The notes under the pieces are model-generated. The model was not told where the DNA came from, ran no database searches, and worked only from the letters and a program-made list of their open reading frames with translations. A program made the translations under genes and the position numbers. A DNA stretch of 64,000 bases from Actinomycetota bacterium (GTDB lineage Bacteria > Actinomycetota > Acidimicrobiia > Acidimicrobiales > Ilumatobacteraceae): contig VFZC01000004.1 in assembly GCA_016871355.1 (NCBI GenBank), positions 19,440 through 83,439 of the forward strand, read 5' to 3'. Below are positions 55,947-64,000 of this stretch, piece by piece (position 1 is the first letter of the stretch; each line of letters opens with the position of its first letter).

Positions 55947-57831
55947 TCGATTCGAGGAATCGACACACCTCGTCACTGTTCACGGTGCGGCGCATCGGCG
56001 GCAGTGCGGCCAGAAGTTGCTTGCGGTACTGAGCGGTGGCGAGCCGCGGATCGAACACGGTGACGACACCTCGATCGGTGGCCGATCTGATGAGACGACC
56101 CGATGCTTGAGCGAGCAGTGTGGCCGCGCGCGGCAGGTCGATCTCGCGGAATGCCCGGTCGCCGAGCAATTCGCGGCGGGCCGAGAGCAAGGGTTCGTCG
56201 GGTCGTGGAAACGGAATGCGATCGAGGGTGACGAGCGACAGAGTACGGCCAGGGATGTCGACGCCTTGGAAGAAGCCCGCGGTGGCGAACAAGCACGACG
56301 ATTCGTCGGCACTGAACTCTTCGACGAGGCGGCTCTTGTTGGCATCGTCGCGCTGTGACAAGACCGGGACGTCGAGGATGGGACGCAACTTCTCCACGGC
56401 TTGGTCGAGGGCACGGAAACTCGTGAACAGCGCCAAGGTGCGGCCACCGGCGGCGACGATCAGTCGATACAACTCGTCGTGCATCGCGCGGGTGAATTCA
56501 GCAGTGTTGGGGCCGGGGAACTTCGATGGGCAATAGAGAAGTGAGTTGCTCTCGTAGTCGAACGGGCTGCCCACATCGATCGCGTCGTATTCGCCGTCCT
56601 GGAGCCCGACTCGAGTCGGCAGGTTGGCCGGCACGGTGGCACTCGTCAGAATCGCCGTGCGTCCCGACCAGATTCCGTTCGCGAGAACGGGCGCGACGTC
56701 GAGCGGTGCGATTTCGAGAACCGGATTGTTGGGCGATCCCGACACGTACGGGACGAATGTGTCGTTGATGCTCAGCGCCTGGTCGAGGTTGTCACCCAAT
56801 CGAGTGGCCGCCTGTTGAGCGCGTAGTCGCCGTTGATCGGCATCGAGATCGCTGGTGTTCAGACCGCGAAGCGCCTCGAGCAGATCGTTGACCGCCAACC
56901 GGGCCGCGGCGAGAACGGCGGTGATCTCGGGAGGAAGCGGGGCCGTGAGTCGACTGCCGATGAGCGGCACCAAGATGTCGTCGAGCAGCGGGCCCTGACG
57001 AGTGAGTCGATCGAGGAGGTCGGGTTGGGTGAACACGCGTCCAGCAACGCCGGCCAGCCATCGCAGGCGTCCGCTGGAAAACGACAACGCCACGCTGTCG
57101 CTCATGATGTCTTCGAGTCCGTGCACCTCGTCGATCACGACCACGTCGTGCTCGGGAAGCACCGCACCAGCCGATGCCACGTCGAGGCCGTACAGATGCG
57201 TGTTCACGACCACGATGTCGGACTCGGCCGCGCGATCGCGCGCCCTCTCGGCGAAGCAGTCGCCTCCGGCCGGGCAACGACGGGCACCGGGGCATTCCTC
57301 ACTCGACACGGTGATCGCCGCGGTGGTGGCGACGTCCAACCGACCGGGAAACTCCGAAAGGTCACCGGTGTCGCTTCCGTCGGCCCACTTGGCCACTTCG
57401 ATGAGTCGCTTGGCGGGAATCGTGCGCATCTCGTCGGAGAGCGTCGGCGTGTCGCCGCTCGCTTCGGCGAGCCGTTGACGACACAGGTAGTTCTGGCGTC
57501 CTTTCACGACGGCCCACGACAGGTCGCGCTTCAGTTCTCGAGCCACGGTGTCACGCAACAGCGGGAGGTCCTTGCGCGCGATCTGGTCCTGCAGGGCCTT
57601 GGTCGCCGTGGTGATCACGGCGCGCCGACCCGAGAGAACGATCGGTACGAGATAACCAAGGGTCTTGCCGGTTCCGGTGCCCGCTTGAACGATCACGTGC
57701 CGACCGGTCTCGAGGGCTTCGGCCACGTGCTCGGCCATCGATCGCTGACCGGGGCGGTCCTCGGCGTCGGACAGACCAGCGGTGGCGACGTCGAGTGCGT
57801 CGCGTACGGACAGTGACTTATCTCGCGGCAC
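55933..57831 (-). CDS. DinG/XPD-like ATP-dependent DNA helicase with Fe-S cluster cysteines
   Basis: Walker A AGTGTGKT, DEVH box, Cys cluster CPGARRCPAGGDC. 632 aa. GTG start. Confidence 0.8.
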   Translation of the reverse strand: MPRDKSLSVRDALDVATAGLSDAEDRPGQRSMAEHVAEALETGRHVIVQAGTGTGKTLGYLVPIVLSGRRAVITTATKALQDQIARKDLPLLRDTVARELKRDLSWAVVKGRQNYLCRQRLAEASGDTPTLSDEMRTIPAKRLIEVAKWADGSDTGDLSEFPGRLDVATTAAITVSSEECPGARRCPAGGDCFAERARDRAAESDIVVVNTHLYGLDVASAGAVLPEHDVVVIDEVHGLEDIMSDSVALSFSSGRLRWLAGVAGRVFTQPDLLDRLTRQGPLLDDILVPLIGSRLTAPLPPEITAVLAAARLAVNDLLEALRGLNTSDLDADQRRLRAQQAATRLGDNLDQALSINDTFVPYVSGSPNNPVLEIAPLDVAPVLANGIWSGRTAILTSATVPANLPTRVGLQDGEYDAIDVGSPFDYESNSLLYCPSKFPGPNTAEFTRAMHDELYRLIVAAGGRTLALFTSFRALDQAVEKLRPILDVPVLSQRDDANKSRLVEEFSADESSCLFATAGFFQGVDIPGRTLSLVTLDRIPFPRPDEPLLSARRELLGDRAFREIDLPRAATLLAQASGRLIRSATDRGVVTVFDPRLATAQYRKQLLAALPPMRRTVNSDEVCRFLESITQA

Positions 57832-57834
57832 GGT

Positions 57835-58500
57835 TCACGAACGCTGGTGGGCTCGCGCGAGGTTCAATGCGGCGTCGATGTCGTCGGCGGAGAAATCGGG
57901 CCACGTCTCGTCGGAGAAGTAGATCGGTGCGCCGGCGGCCTGCCACAGCAAGAAGTTCGACACCCGACGCTCACCCGACGTGCGGACCACCACATCGACC
58001 GGCGGCATGTCGGGGAGATACATCGCCCTCGACAGATCGTCGGCGGTCACCGGACGTCCGAGGGCCTTGGCACGACGGGCCGCATCGACGATCTCGGCGC
58101 GGCTGCCGTAGTCGAACGCCACGGTGAGCGTCATGCCGGTGTTGGAGCTGGTGTCGGCGATCGCCTTGTGAATGGCCCGTTGGACGTAACGAGGAGTCCG
58201 AGCCGAGGGGTCGTCGAACGGACGACCGATCCAGGTGATCCGGACGTTCAGTTCGTTCAATTCGGCCACTCGGCCGAACAACTTCTCGTGGAGGCCGAGG
58301 ATGTGGCGCACTTCGCGTCGGGGGCGAACCCAGTTCTCGGTGGAGAATCCGAAGACGGTGAGCCAGTCGACGTCGCGTCGGACGCACTGGCGTACGACCT
58401 CGGCCAGGTTCTCCTCACCCGCTGTGTGGCCAGCCGTACGTGGCAGATGGCGGCGGGTCGCCCAGCGTCCGTTTCCGTCCATGATGCAGGCCAAGTGCAC
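57835..58500 (-). CDS. uppS: Isoprenyl transferase (undecaprenyl/decaprenyl diphosphate synthase family), lacks the C-terminal RxG motif
   Basis: HLACIMDGNGRWA, FSTENW, VVRTSGERRVSNFLLWQ. Start is GTG 58500 or TTG 58527. Ends ..ALNLARAHQRS. Confidence 0.85.
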   Translation of the reverse strand: MHLACIMDGNGRWATRRHLPRTAGHTAGEENLAEVVRQCVRRDVDWLTVFGFSTENWVRPRREVRHILGLHEKLFGRVAELNELNVRITWIGRPFDDPSARTPRYVQRAIHKAIADTSSNTGMTLTVAFDYGSRAEIVDAARRAKALGRPVTADDLSRAMYLPDMPPVDVVVRTSGERRVSNFLLWQAAGAPIYFSDETWPDFSADDIDAALNLARAHQRS

Positions 58501-58526
58501 GATGCGAGGGTAGCGGTGAGGGCACA

Positions 58527-59123
58527 ATGGACGGCGTGTTCCGTCGTCGTCGCGCCGTCGATCCTGTCGATCCTGTCGATTCCGTCGCGGGTCGTTCGAA
58601 CGACTCCGATGACTCGCCCCGGGCTCGCCGTTTGATCGTGGTTGCCGGATCGGTCGAGGAGTGGGCCGCGTTCGACGAGGCGCAATGGTCCGAGCGACTC
58701 GCCACCGTGGGAGTGGCGGCTGCGGCCGCTGGCATCGAGTCGGTGCGCATCGTTCCATCGGCGGGTGATCGCGCCCGAGGGAGAGCGATCGGTGAGCGTC
58801 GTCTTCACGTGAACGGTTGCGAGGTCCTCGCCGATCCACGTCCCGATGGGCGAGCCAATGTGGTGGACGCCATCAACCAGATGTCCGGTTCCATCACCGA
58901 AGAGTCGTTGCAGAGCCAGATCGGCGGTTCGGGTGGTGACGTCGATCTGGTGATCGTTCTCGGAGCGCCCGACGTTCTGCCTCAGGCCCTCGTCTGGGAA
59001 CTGGGCTACGCCGAACTCGTGTACATCGAGGCCGACTGGTCAACGTTGTCGAGCGAACACGTCCGGCGATCACTCGAAGAGTTCGCCGTTCGTCAACGCC
59101 GCTTCGGCGGAGTCATCGAGTGA
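58527..59123 (+). CDS. Degenerate UppS-fold paralog (probable non-catalytic cis-prenyltransferase subunit-like protein)
   Basis: RLIVVAGSVEEWA replaces H(V/I)AxIMDGNxRWA. DLVIVLGAPDVLPQALVWELGYAELVYIEADW replaces DLxIRTxGExRxSNFLLWQxAYxE. Ends RQRRFGG. Stop overlaps the recO GTG. Start uncertain (58527..58632). Confidence 0.55.
   Translation: MDGVFRRRRAVDPVDPVDSVAGRSNDSDDSPRARRLIVVAGSVEEWAAFDEAQWSERLATVGVAAAAAGIESVRIVPSAGDRARGRAIGERRLHVNGCEVLADPRPDGRANVVDAINQMSGSITEESLQSQIGGSGGDVDLVIVLGAPDVLPQALVWELGYAELVYIEADWSTLSSEHVRRSLEEFAVRQRRFGGVIE
58557..58587. repeat. 9-nt tandem repeat GTCGATCCT x3.4 in the uppS / uppS-like divergent region
   Basis: GTCGATCCT GTCGATCCT GTCGATTCC GTCG, read directly. 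If translated it encodes VDPVDPVDSV. Confidence 0.85.
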
Positions 59124-59896
59124 CGAGCCGCCTCTATCGCGACGAAGCCGTCGTCATTCGTTCGTACAAACTCGGCGAAGCCGATCGCATCGTGGTCATG
59201 CTCACACGCGAACACGGCAAGGTTCGGGCCGTCGCCAAGGGAGTTCGCAAGACCCATTCGAAGTTCGGCGGTCGCCTCGAGCCCCTCTCGCACGTGGCGA
59301 TCCAGATCCATCGGGGCACGAATCTCGACGTCGTCAATCAGGTGGAGACGATCGATTCATCGGGCCGAATGTTCGGCGACCTCGATGTGATGACCGAAGG
59401 ACTGTCGGTCTTGGAGGCGGTCGATCAACTCGTGCCCGACCGTGAACCGGTGCCCGAGGTGTTCCGCATGTTGGTGGGAGTTCGCAAGACCTTGGCCGAA
59501 CGTCCTTCGGCGCTGGTCGTGCCGGCGTTCTTGTTACGCCTGTTGGCCGCCGAAGGTGTGCGTCCCGAACTCGATCGTTGCGTCGTGTGCGGAGAAGCCG
59601 AGTCGGAGACGACGGCGCTCGTCTCGATCGACCTCGAACGGGGCGGAGTCCAATGCGGTCGTTGTCGTTCGGGAGTCGGGATCACGGCCGGCGCTCTGCA
59701 CTTGCTTCGCGACGTCCTCGACGGTCGTTTGGGTGAGGCCCTCGATCGTGCGCATCGCCCCGGCGGCCAGATTCTCGACGACCCCGTCGTGTCCGAGGTG
59801 GCGTCGATCGCCACGCGGGCTTTCGAGTTCCATGTCGAGCGTCGGTTGCGGTCGGTCGCGATTTTCGAACGCCACGACACATGCTCCGAGCCGTAG
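59120..59896 (+). CDS. recO: DNA repair protein RecO
   Basis: N-terminal OB-fold pattern YRDEAVVIRSYKLGEADRIV. Zinc motif CVVCG...CGRC. Confidence 0.9.
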   Translation: MTSRLYRDEAVVIRSYKLGEADRIVVMLTREHGKVRAVAKGVRKTHSKFGGRLEPLSHVAIQIHRGTNLDVVNQVETIDSSGRMFGDLDVMTEGLSVLEAVDQLVPDREPVPEVFRMLVGVRKTLAERPSALVVPAFLLRLLAAEGVRPELDRCVVCGEAESETTALVSIDLERGGVQCGRCRSGVGITAGALHLLRDVLDGRLGEALDRAHRPGGQILDDPVVSEVASIATRAFEFHVERRLRSVAIFERHDTCSEP

Positions 59897-59907
59897 GCTG
59901 GGCGACC

Positions 59908-61218
59908 ATGCCTGCGAACGACCTCGAACAGATCGTCAACCTGTGCAAGCGCCGCGGTTTCGTCTATCCGTCGGCCGAGATCTACGGAGGATTCCGGTCG
60001 AGTTACGACTACGGCCCGCTCGGCTCGCTGATGCTGCGCAACGTTCGCGAGTCGTGGCTGCGTGAGATGGTGCAGAAGCGTGACGACGTGGTTCTGATCG
60101 ACGCCGCCATCCTCGGCCCGCCCCAGGTCTTCGAAGCCAGTGGCCACTTGGCCAACTTCAGCGATCCGTTGGTCGACTGCCGCGAGTGCAAGCAGCGGTT
60201 CCGCGAAGATCACCTCGTGGACCGTTCGGTGTGCCCGAATTGCAAGGCCAAGAACAGCCTCACCGACGCCCGTGCGTTCAATCTCATGTTCAAGACCTAC
60301 GCCGGCCCGGTGGAGGGTTCGGGTGCCGAGGTCTATCTGCGCCCCGAGACCGCGCAGGGAATGTTCGTCAACTTCAGCAACGTTCTTCAGACGAGCCGCA
60401 AGAAGCCCCCTTTCGGCATCGCTCAGGTCGGCAAGAGCTTCCGCAACGAGATCACTCCTGGCAACTTCATCTTCCGTACGCGCGAGTTCGAGCAGATGGA
60501 ACTCGAGTTCTTCGTGCCCCCGGCCGAAAGTCCGAAATGGTACGAGTACTGGTGCGCCACGCGTTTGCAGTGGTACATCGATCTCGGCATTCCGTCCGAG
60601 ATGCTCCGCCTTCGTGCTCATGACGCCGATGAACTGAGCCACTATTCGGCTGGCACGGCCGACGTCGAGTTCATGTATCCGTGGGGTTGGGGAGAGTTGG
60701 AAGGAATCGCGCAGCGCACTAACTTCGATCTCACGCAACACTCGAATCACTCCGGTCAGCGACTCGACTTCTTCGATCAGTCCACCAACGAGCGTTACGT
60801 GCCGTTCGTGATCGAGCCGGCGGCCGGCGTGAACCGCGCCATGGCTGCGTTCCTCCTCGCGGCCTACGACGAGGACGAGGTGGGTGGCGAGGCTCGCACC
60901 ATCTTGCGTCTGCACCCGCGACTGGCGCCGTACAAGGTCGCCGTGCTTCCGCTCAGCAAGAAGGACACTCTCACGCCGCTCGCCCGCGAGATCTTCACTT
61001 CGCTGTCCGATCGCTACATGGTCGACTACGACGACACGCAGTCGATCGGCAAGCGATACCGCCGTCAGGACGAGATCGGCACCCCGTTGTGCATCACGGT
61101 CGACTTCGAGTCGCTCAAGGACGCCGCGGTCACGGTCCGCGATCGTGACACGACCGAGCAGGTACGGTTGCCGATCGCCGAACTCGAATCGGCGTTGCGG
61201 CAGCGACTCGGGTTCTGA
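59908..61218 (+). CDS. glyQS: Glycine--tRNA ligase (alpha2 type)
   Basis: ATG 59908. CKRRGFVYPSAEIYGG. Class II motifs FRNEITPG..FRTREFEQME. 436 aa. Confidence 0.9.
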   Translation: MPANDLEQIVNLCKRRGFVYPSAEIYGGFRSSYDYGPLGSLMLRNVRESWLREMVQKRDDVVLIDAAILGPPQVFEASGHLANFSDPLVDCRECKQRFREDHLVDRSVCPNCKAKNSLTDARAFNLMFKTYAGPVEGSGAEVYLRPETAQGMFVNFSNVLQTSRKKPPFGIAQVGKSFRNEITPGNFIFRTREFEQMELEFFVPPAESPKWYEYWCATRLQWYIDLGIPSEMLRLRAHDADELSHYSAGTADVEFMYPWGWGELEGIAQRTNFDLTQHSNHSGQRLDFFDQSTNERYVPFVIEPAAGVNRAMAAFLLAAYDEDEVGGEARTILRLHPRLAPYKVAVLPLSKKDTLTPLAREIFTSLSDRYMVDYDDTQSIGKRYRRQDEIGTPLCITVDFESLKDAAVTVRDRDTTEQVRLPIAELESALRQRLGF

Positions 61219-61287
61219 AGCGCGACCGCGAGGGTCTAGGTTTCTCTCGAGGCCGGTTCACAAGGTCTCATCGTCGAAGGGGAAGTC

Positions 61288-61593
61288 ATGTCGAAAGTTG
61301 CCGTGTGGGCCAAGATCCCGGCCGCTCCGGGCAAGCGTGACGAGTTGGCCAAGGCCCTCGGAACCGCTCTCGAAACCGCCAAGTCGGAAAAGGGGACGAT
61401 CTACTACATCCTCCACGCCGATCCGAACGAGGCCGATGTTCTCTACATGTACGAGATGTACGAGAGCCAGGACGCGTTGAACGAACACATGGGGTCGGAA
61501 GCCTTCAAGGCGCTCGGTCCGGCCATCGGACCATTCCTCGGAGGTCGTCCCGATCTGAAGTTCGTCGCACCGCTCGGCGGCAAGGGAGCCTGA
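61288..61593 (+). CDS. ABM-domain (antibiotic biosynthesis monooxygenase / quinol monooxygenase-like) protein
   Basis: 101 aa. Pattern YMYEMYESQDALNEHMGSEAF is typical of ABM domains. Confidence 0.7.
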   Translation: MSKVAVWAKIPAAPGKRDELAKALGTALETAKSEKGTIYYILHADPNEADVLYMYEMYESQDALNEHMGSEAFKALGPAIGPFLGGRPDLKFVAPLGGKGA

Positions 61594-61594
61594 C

Positions 61595-62389
61595 CTGACG
61601 GCGCGACGCGGGACCTACCTCGACCGCATCCTCGACCACCATCGGGGACGCGCGGCCGACGACTCGCGTTCGCTCGCCGATCTGCGCGCGCAGGTCGCCG
61701 ACCTCGAACCCTGTCGGGGTTTCGCCGCGCGTGTGCAGGCCGACGCCACGTCGGCACTGGCGGTCGTGGCCGAGATCAAGCGTCGCTCGCCGTCGAAAGG
61801 TGACCTGTTCGCCGATCTCGATCCGGCCGTACTGGCCCGGCAGTACGAGCTCGGCGGTGCGAGTTGCCTCTCGGTACTGACCGATGCCCCGCATTTCGGT
61901 GGCTCGATCGACGATCTGTGCGCCGCCCGGGCCGCGGTCGGTTTGCCGGTGTTGCGCAAGGACTTCACCGTGGCCGAGCGCGATGTCTTCGACACGCGTC
62001 TCATGGGGGCCGACTGCATCTTGTTGATCGCGGCCGCGTTGGACGCGAACGAACTCGTCGATTTGTGCGGCTCGGCACTTTCCATCGGGCTCGATGTTCT
62101 GGTCGAGATCCACGACGAAGACGAACTCGCCGTGGCGGTCGCGGCGGCGGCTCCGGCCATCGGAGTCAACCAACGTGATCTCGTGACCTTCGAGGTCGAC
62201 CATGCCCGCGCCGAACGAATGGCGGCGGTCATTCCCGACTCGGTCGTGAAGGTCGCCGAGAGCGGTGTGCGCGATGCCGACGATGCGACCGCGCTGCGTC
62301 GGTCCGGTTACGACGCGATCCTCGTGGGCGAGATCCTCGTGCGATCGGGCGACCCCACCGCCGAAGTGCGCTCGTTGCGAATCCGGTAA
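61595..62389 (+). CDS. trpC: Indole-3-glycerol phosphate synthase, probable CTG start
   Basis: EIKRRSPSKG and LRKDF motifs. The frame is open from 61559. The conserved N-terminal helix YLDRILDHHR lies upstream of the first ATG/GTG. CTG 61595 sits 6 nt after AAGGGAG. Confidence 0.8.
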   Translation: MTARRGTYLDRILDHHRGRAADDSRSLADLRAQVADLEPCRGFAARVQADATSALAVVAEIKRRSPSKGDLFADLDPAVLARQYELGGASCLSVLTDAPHFGGSIDDLCAARAAVGLPVLRKDFTVAERDVFDTRLMGADCILLIAAALDANELVDLCGSALSIGLDVLVEIHDEDELAVAVAAAAPAIGVNQRDLVTFEVDHARAERMAAVIPDSVVKVAESGVRDADDATALRRSGYDAILVGEILVRSGDPTAEVRSLRIR

Positions 62390-62430
62390 AGGTCACCCAA
62401 CGCGTCGGGCGCGACCAGTACTTTGGAGTC

Positions 62431-63084
62431 GTGTTCGTCAAGGTCTGCGGGATCACCAACGAGGACGACGCATTGTTGGCCGTGGCCATGGGCGCCGATG
62501 CCGTCGGGTTCGTCTTCGCACCGTCGCCGCGTCAGGTCGCGCCCCAGGTGGTCTACGACATCACGCGTCGACTCCCGCCGGAGATCCTCACCGTCGGTGT
62601 GTTTCGCGACGAACTTCCCGACCGGGTCTTCGAGGTCGCCAGTCGAGCCGGCGTGAAGGCCGTCCAGCTGCACGGCCGCGAAACGGCACGGCACGTGTCG
62701 ATGCTCGCCGACAACATTCGCTGGATCATCAAGGGGGTGTCGGCCGGATCGCCCGCGGCGGCGCGGGCCAACGAGTACGGAACGGATCTCGTTCTCGTGG
62801 ACGCACCCGAACCTGGTTCGGGTCGTCTGTTCGACTGGAAACTCGTGGACGAGATTCCCGGTGGTCTGCGACTCATCCTGGCCGGAGGTCTGACTCCCGA
62901 GAACGTGGGTTCGGCCATCGACATCGTGAAGCCGTGGGGCGTCGACGTGTCGTCGGGAGTGGAAAGCAGTCCGGGGCGAAAGGACGCCGTCAAGGTGCGG
63001 CGCTTCATCGCGGCGGCCCGAGCGGCTGCGCCGGCCGAATTCGAATCGGGCGACGACGACGTCTACGACTGGACCGACGAGTAA
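62431..63084 (+). CDS. trpF: Phosphoribosylanthranilate isomerase
   Basis: MFVKVCGIT...DAVGFVF...VQLHG pattern. 217 aa with an acidic C-terminal extension. Confidence 0.85.
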   Translation: MFVKVCGITNEDDALLAVAMGADAVGFVFAPSPRQVAPQVVYDITRRLPPEILTVGVFRDELPDRVFEVASRAGVKAVQLHGRETARHVSMLADNIRWIIKGVSAGSPAAARANEYGTDLVLVDAPEPGSGRLFDWKLVDEIPGGLRLILAGGLTPENVGSAIDIVKPWGVDVSSGVESSPGRKDAVKVRRFIAAARAAAPAEFESGDDDVYDWTDE

Positions 63085-63178
63085 CCGACTTCACCAGTTC
63101 GGGCGCCAATCGGGTGGGGTTTCGAGCGCTCGGGGGTGAGAACATGAGGGTGTGTCAGATCCTGTCGATCATTCGATC

Positions 63179-64000
63179 ATGTCGGAACCGTCGGCCACCG
63201 GCCGGTTCGGTGAGTTCGGTGGCCGCTTCGTACCCGAGACCCTCGTCCCGGCGTGCCAAGAGCTCGAGCAAGCGTTTCGCGATGCGTGGGACGATCCGAT
63301 CTTCCGCGGCGACCTGGCGGCGATCCTTGAGGAATACGCGGGTCGACCGTCGATCATCACCGAGTGCCATCAGTTGGGCGCGCGCCTGGGCATTCGTCTT
63401 GTCCTGAAGCGCGAAGATCTCAACCACACGGGGTCGCACAAGATCAACAACGTGCTCGGGCAAACACTGCTCGCCAAGCGCATGGGGAAGAAGCGAATCG
63501 TCGCCGAAACCGGAGCCGGCCAGCACGGCGTCGCATCAGCGACCGCGGCGGCGCTCATGGGCCTCGAGTGCAAGGTGTACATGGGCGCGGTCGACGTGGA
63601 GCGTCAAGCCCTCAACGTGTTCCGTATGCGGTTGCTCGGAGCCGAGGTCGAAGCGGTGCACAGTGGCAGTCGCACACTCAAGGACGCCGTGAACGAAGCC
63701 ATGCGCGATTGGGTCGCCTCGGTCGAATCGACGCACTACTGCCTCGGCTCGGTGATGGGTCCGCATCCGTATCCGTGGATGGTCCGTCAGTTCCATCGCG
63801 TGATCGGCGACGAAGCACGTGAGCAGTGCCGGGAGCGTTTCGATGCCGACCCCGATGTGGTCGTGGCCTGTGTGGGCGGCGGTTCGAACGCCATCGGCAT
63901 CTTCTCCGGTTTCGTCGACACCGCCGCGCGTTTGATCGGCGTCGAACCGGCGGGCGGTGCGGCGGTGGGTCGTGGCGTTCCCGGCGTCGTGCACGGTATG
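63179..64000 (+). CDS. trpB: Tryptophan synthase beta chain, 3' end outside window
   Basis: [18 protein letters not shown]-Lys motif [19 protein letters not shown]. Open to the window end. Start is ATG 63179 or GTG 63152. Not in the ORF track because no stop is reached. Confidence 0.9.
   Translation, partial: MSEPSATGRFGEFGGRFVPETLVPACQELEQAFRDAWDDPIFRGDLAAILEEYAGRPSIITECHQLGARLGIRLVLKREDLNHTGSHKINNVLGQTLLAKRMGKKRIVAETGAGQHGVASATAAALMGLECKVYMGAVDVERQALNVFRMRLLGAEVEAVHSGSRTLKDAVNEAMRDWVASVESTHYCLGSVMGPHPYPWMVRQFHRVIGDEAREQCRERFDADPDVVVACVGGGSNAIGIFSGFVDTAARLIGVEPAGGAAVGRGVPGVVHGM

Noticed and set aside
59897-59907. T-box or other leader upstream of glyQS
   Set aside because: Only 11 nt separate the recO stop from the glyQS ATG, which leaves no room for a leader RNA.

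Overview
High-GC chromosomal window (about 60-70% G+C by spot counts), actinobacterial in gene content and possibly Acidimicrobiia-like, though lineage cannot be proven from the sequence alone. It is densely packed with about 68 protein genes, 2 tRNAs (Gly-GCC, Cys-GCA) and one SAM-type riboswitch upstream of metX. Content is mostly core and lipid/redox metabolism:
- a metal ABC ATPase with a His-rich small protein;
- acyl-CoA synthetases and dehydrogenases, two P450s, and a WS/DGAT;
- a menaquinone cluster (menE, menA, menH, menD, menF, menG);
- the conserved phoH-ybeY-CBS...era...recO block;
- an MtrAB/LpqB-like two-component module;
- glyQS and trpC-trpF-trpB (trpB runs off the 3' end).

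Many long ORFs in the track are antisense shadows or over-extended N-termini, so starts were re-assigned by hand where motifs allowed. I found no transposase, integrase, CRISPR array, rRNA or recognisable defence, toxin or secretion island, and no clear-cut novel multi-gene system.

The best candidate for undescribed biology is at 57.8-59.1 kb. A canonical UppS lacks the C-terminal RxG motif. It sits head-to-head with a catalytically degenerate UppS paralog that keeps the RRFGG tail and is translationally coupled to recO. This suggests an NgBR/Nus1-like heteromeric cis-prenyltransferase.

Secondary points of interest:
- a small AT-richer patch downstream of tRNA-Cys (25.1-26.5 kb) with a perfect 21-bp tandem repeat, an amicyanin-like cupredoxin with Pro/Thr linkers and a Gly-Tyr tail, and an amber-interrupted ORF; a secreted DUF1524 nuclease gene follows it at 26530..27150;
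- an internally duplicated 97-aa His-rich protein;
- a probable CTG start for trpC.
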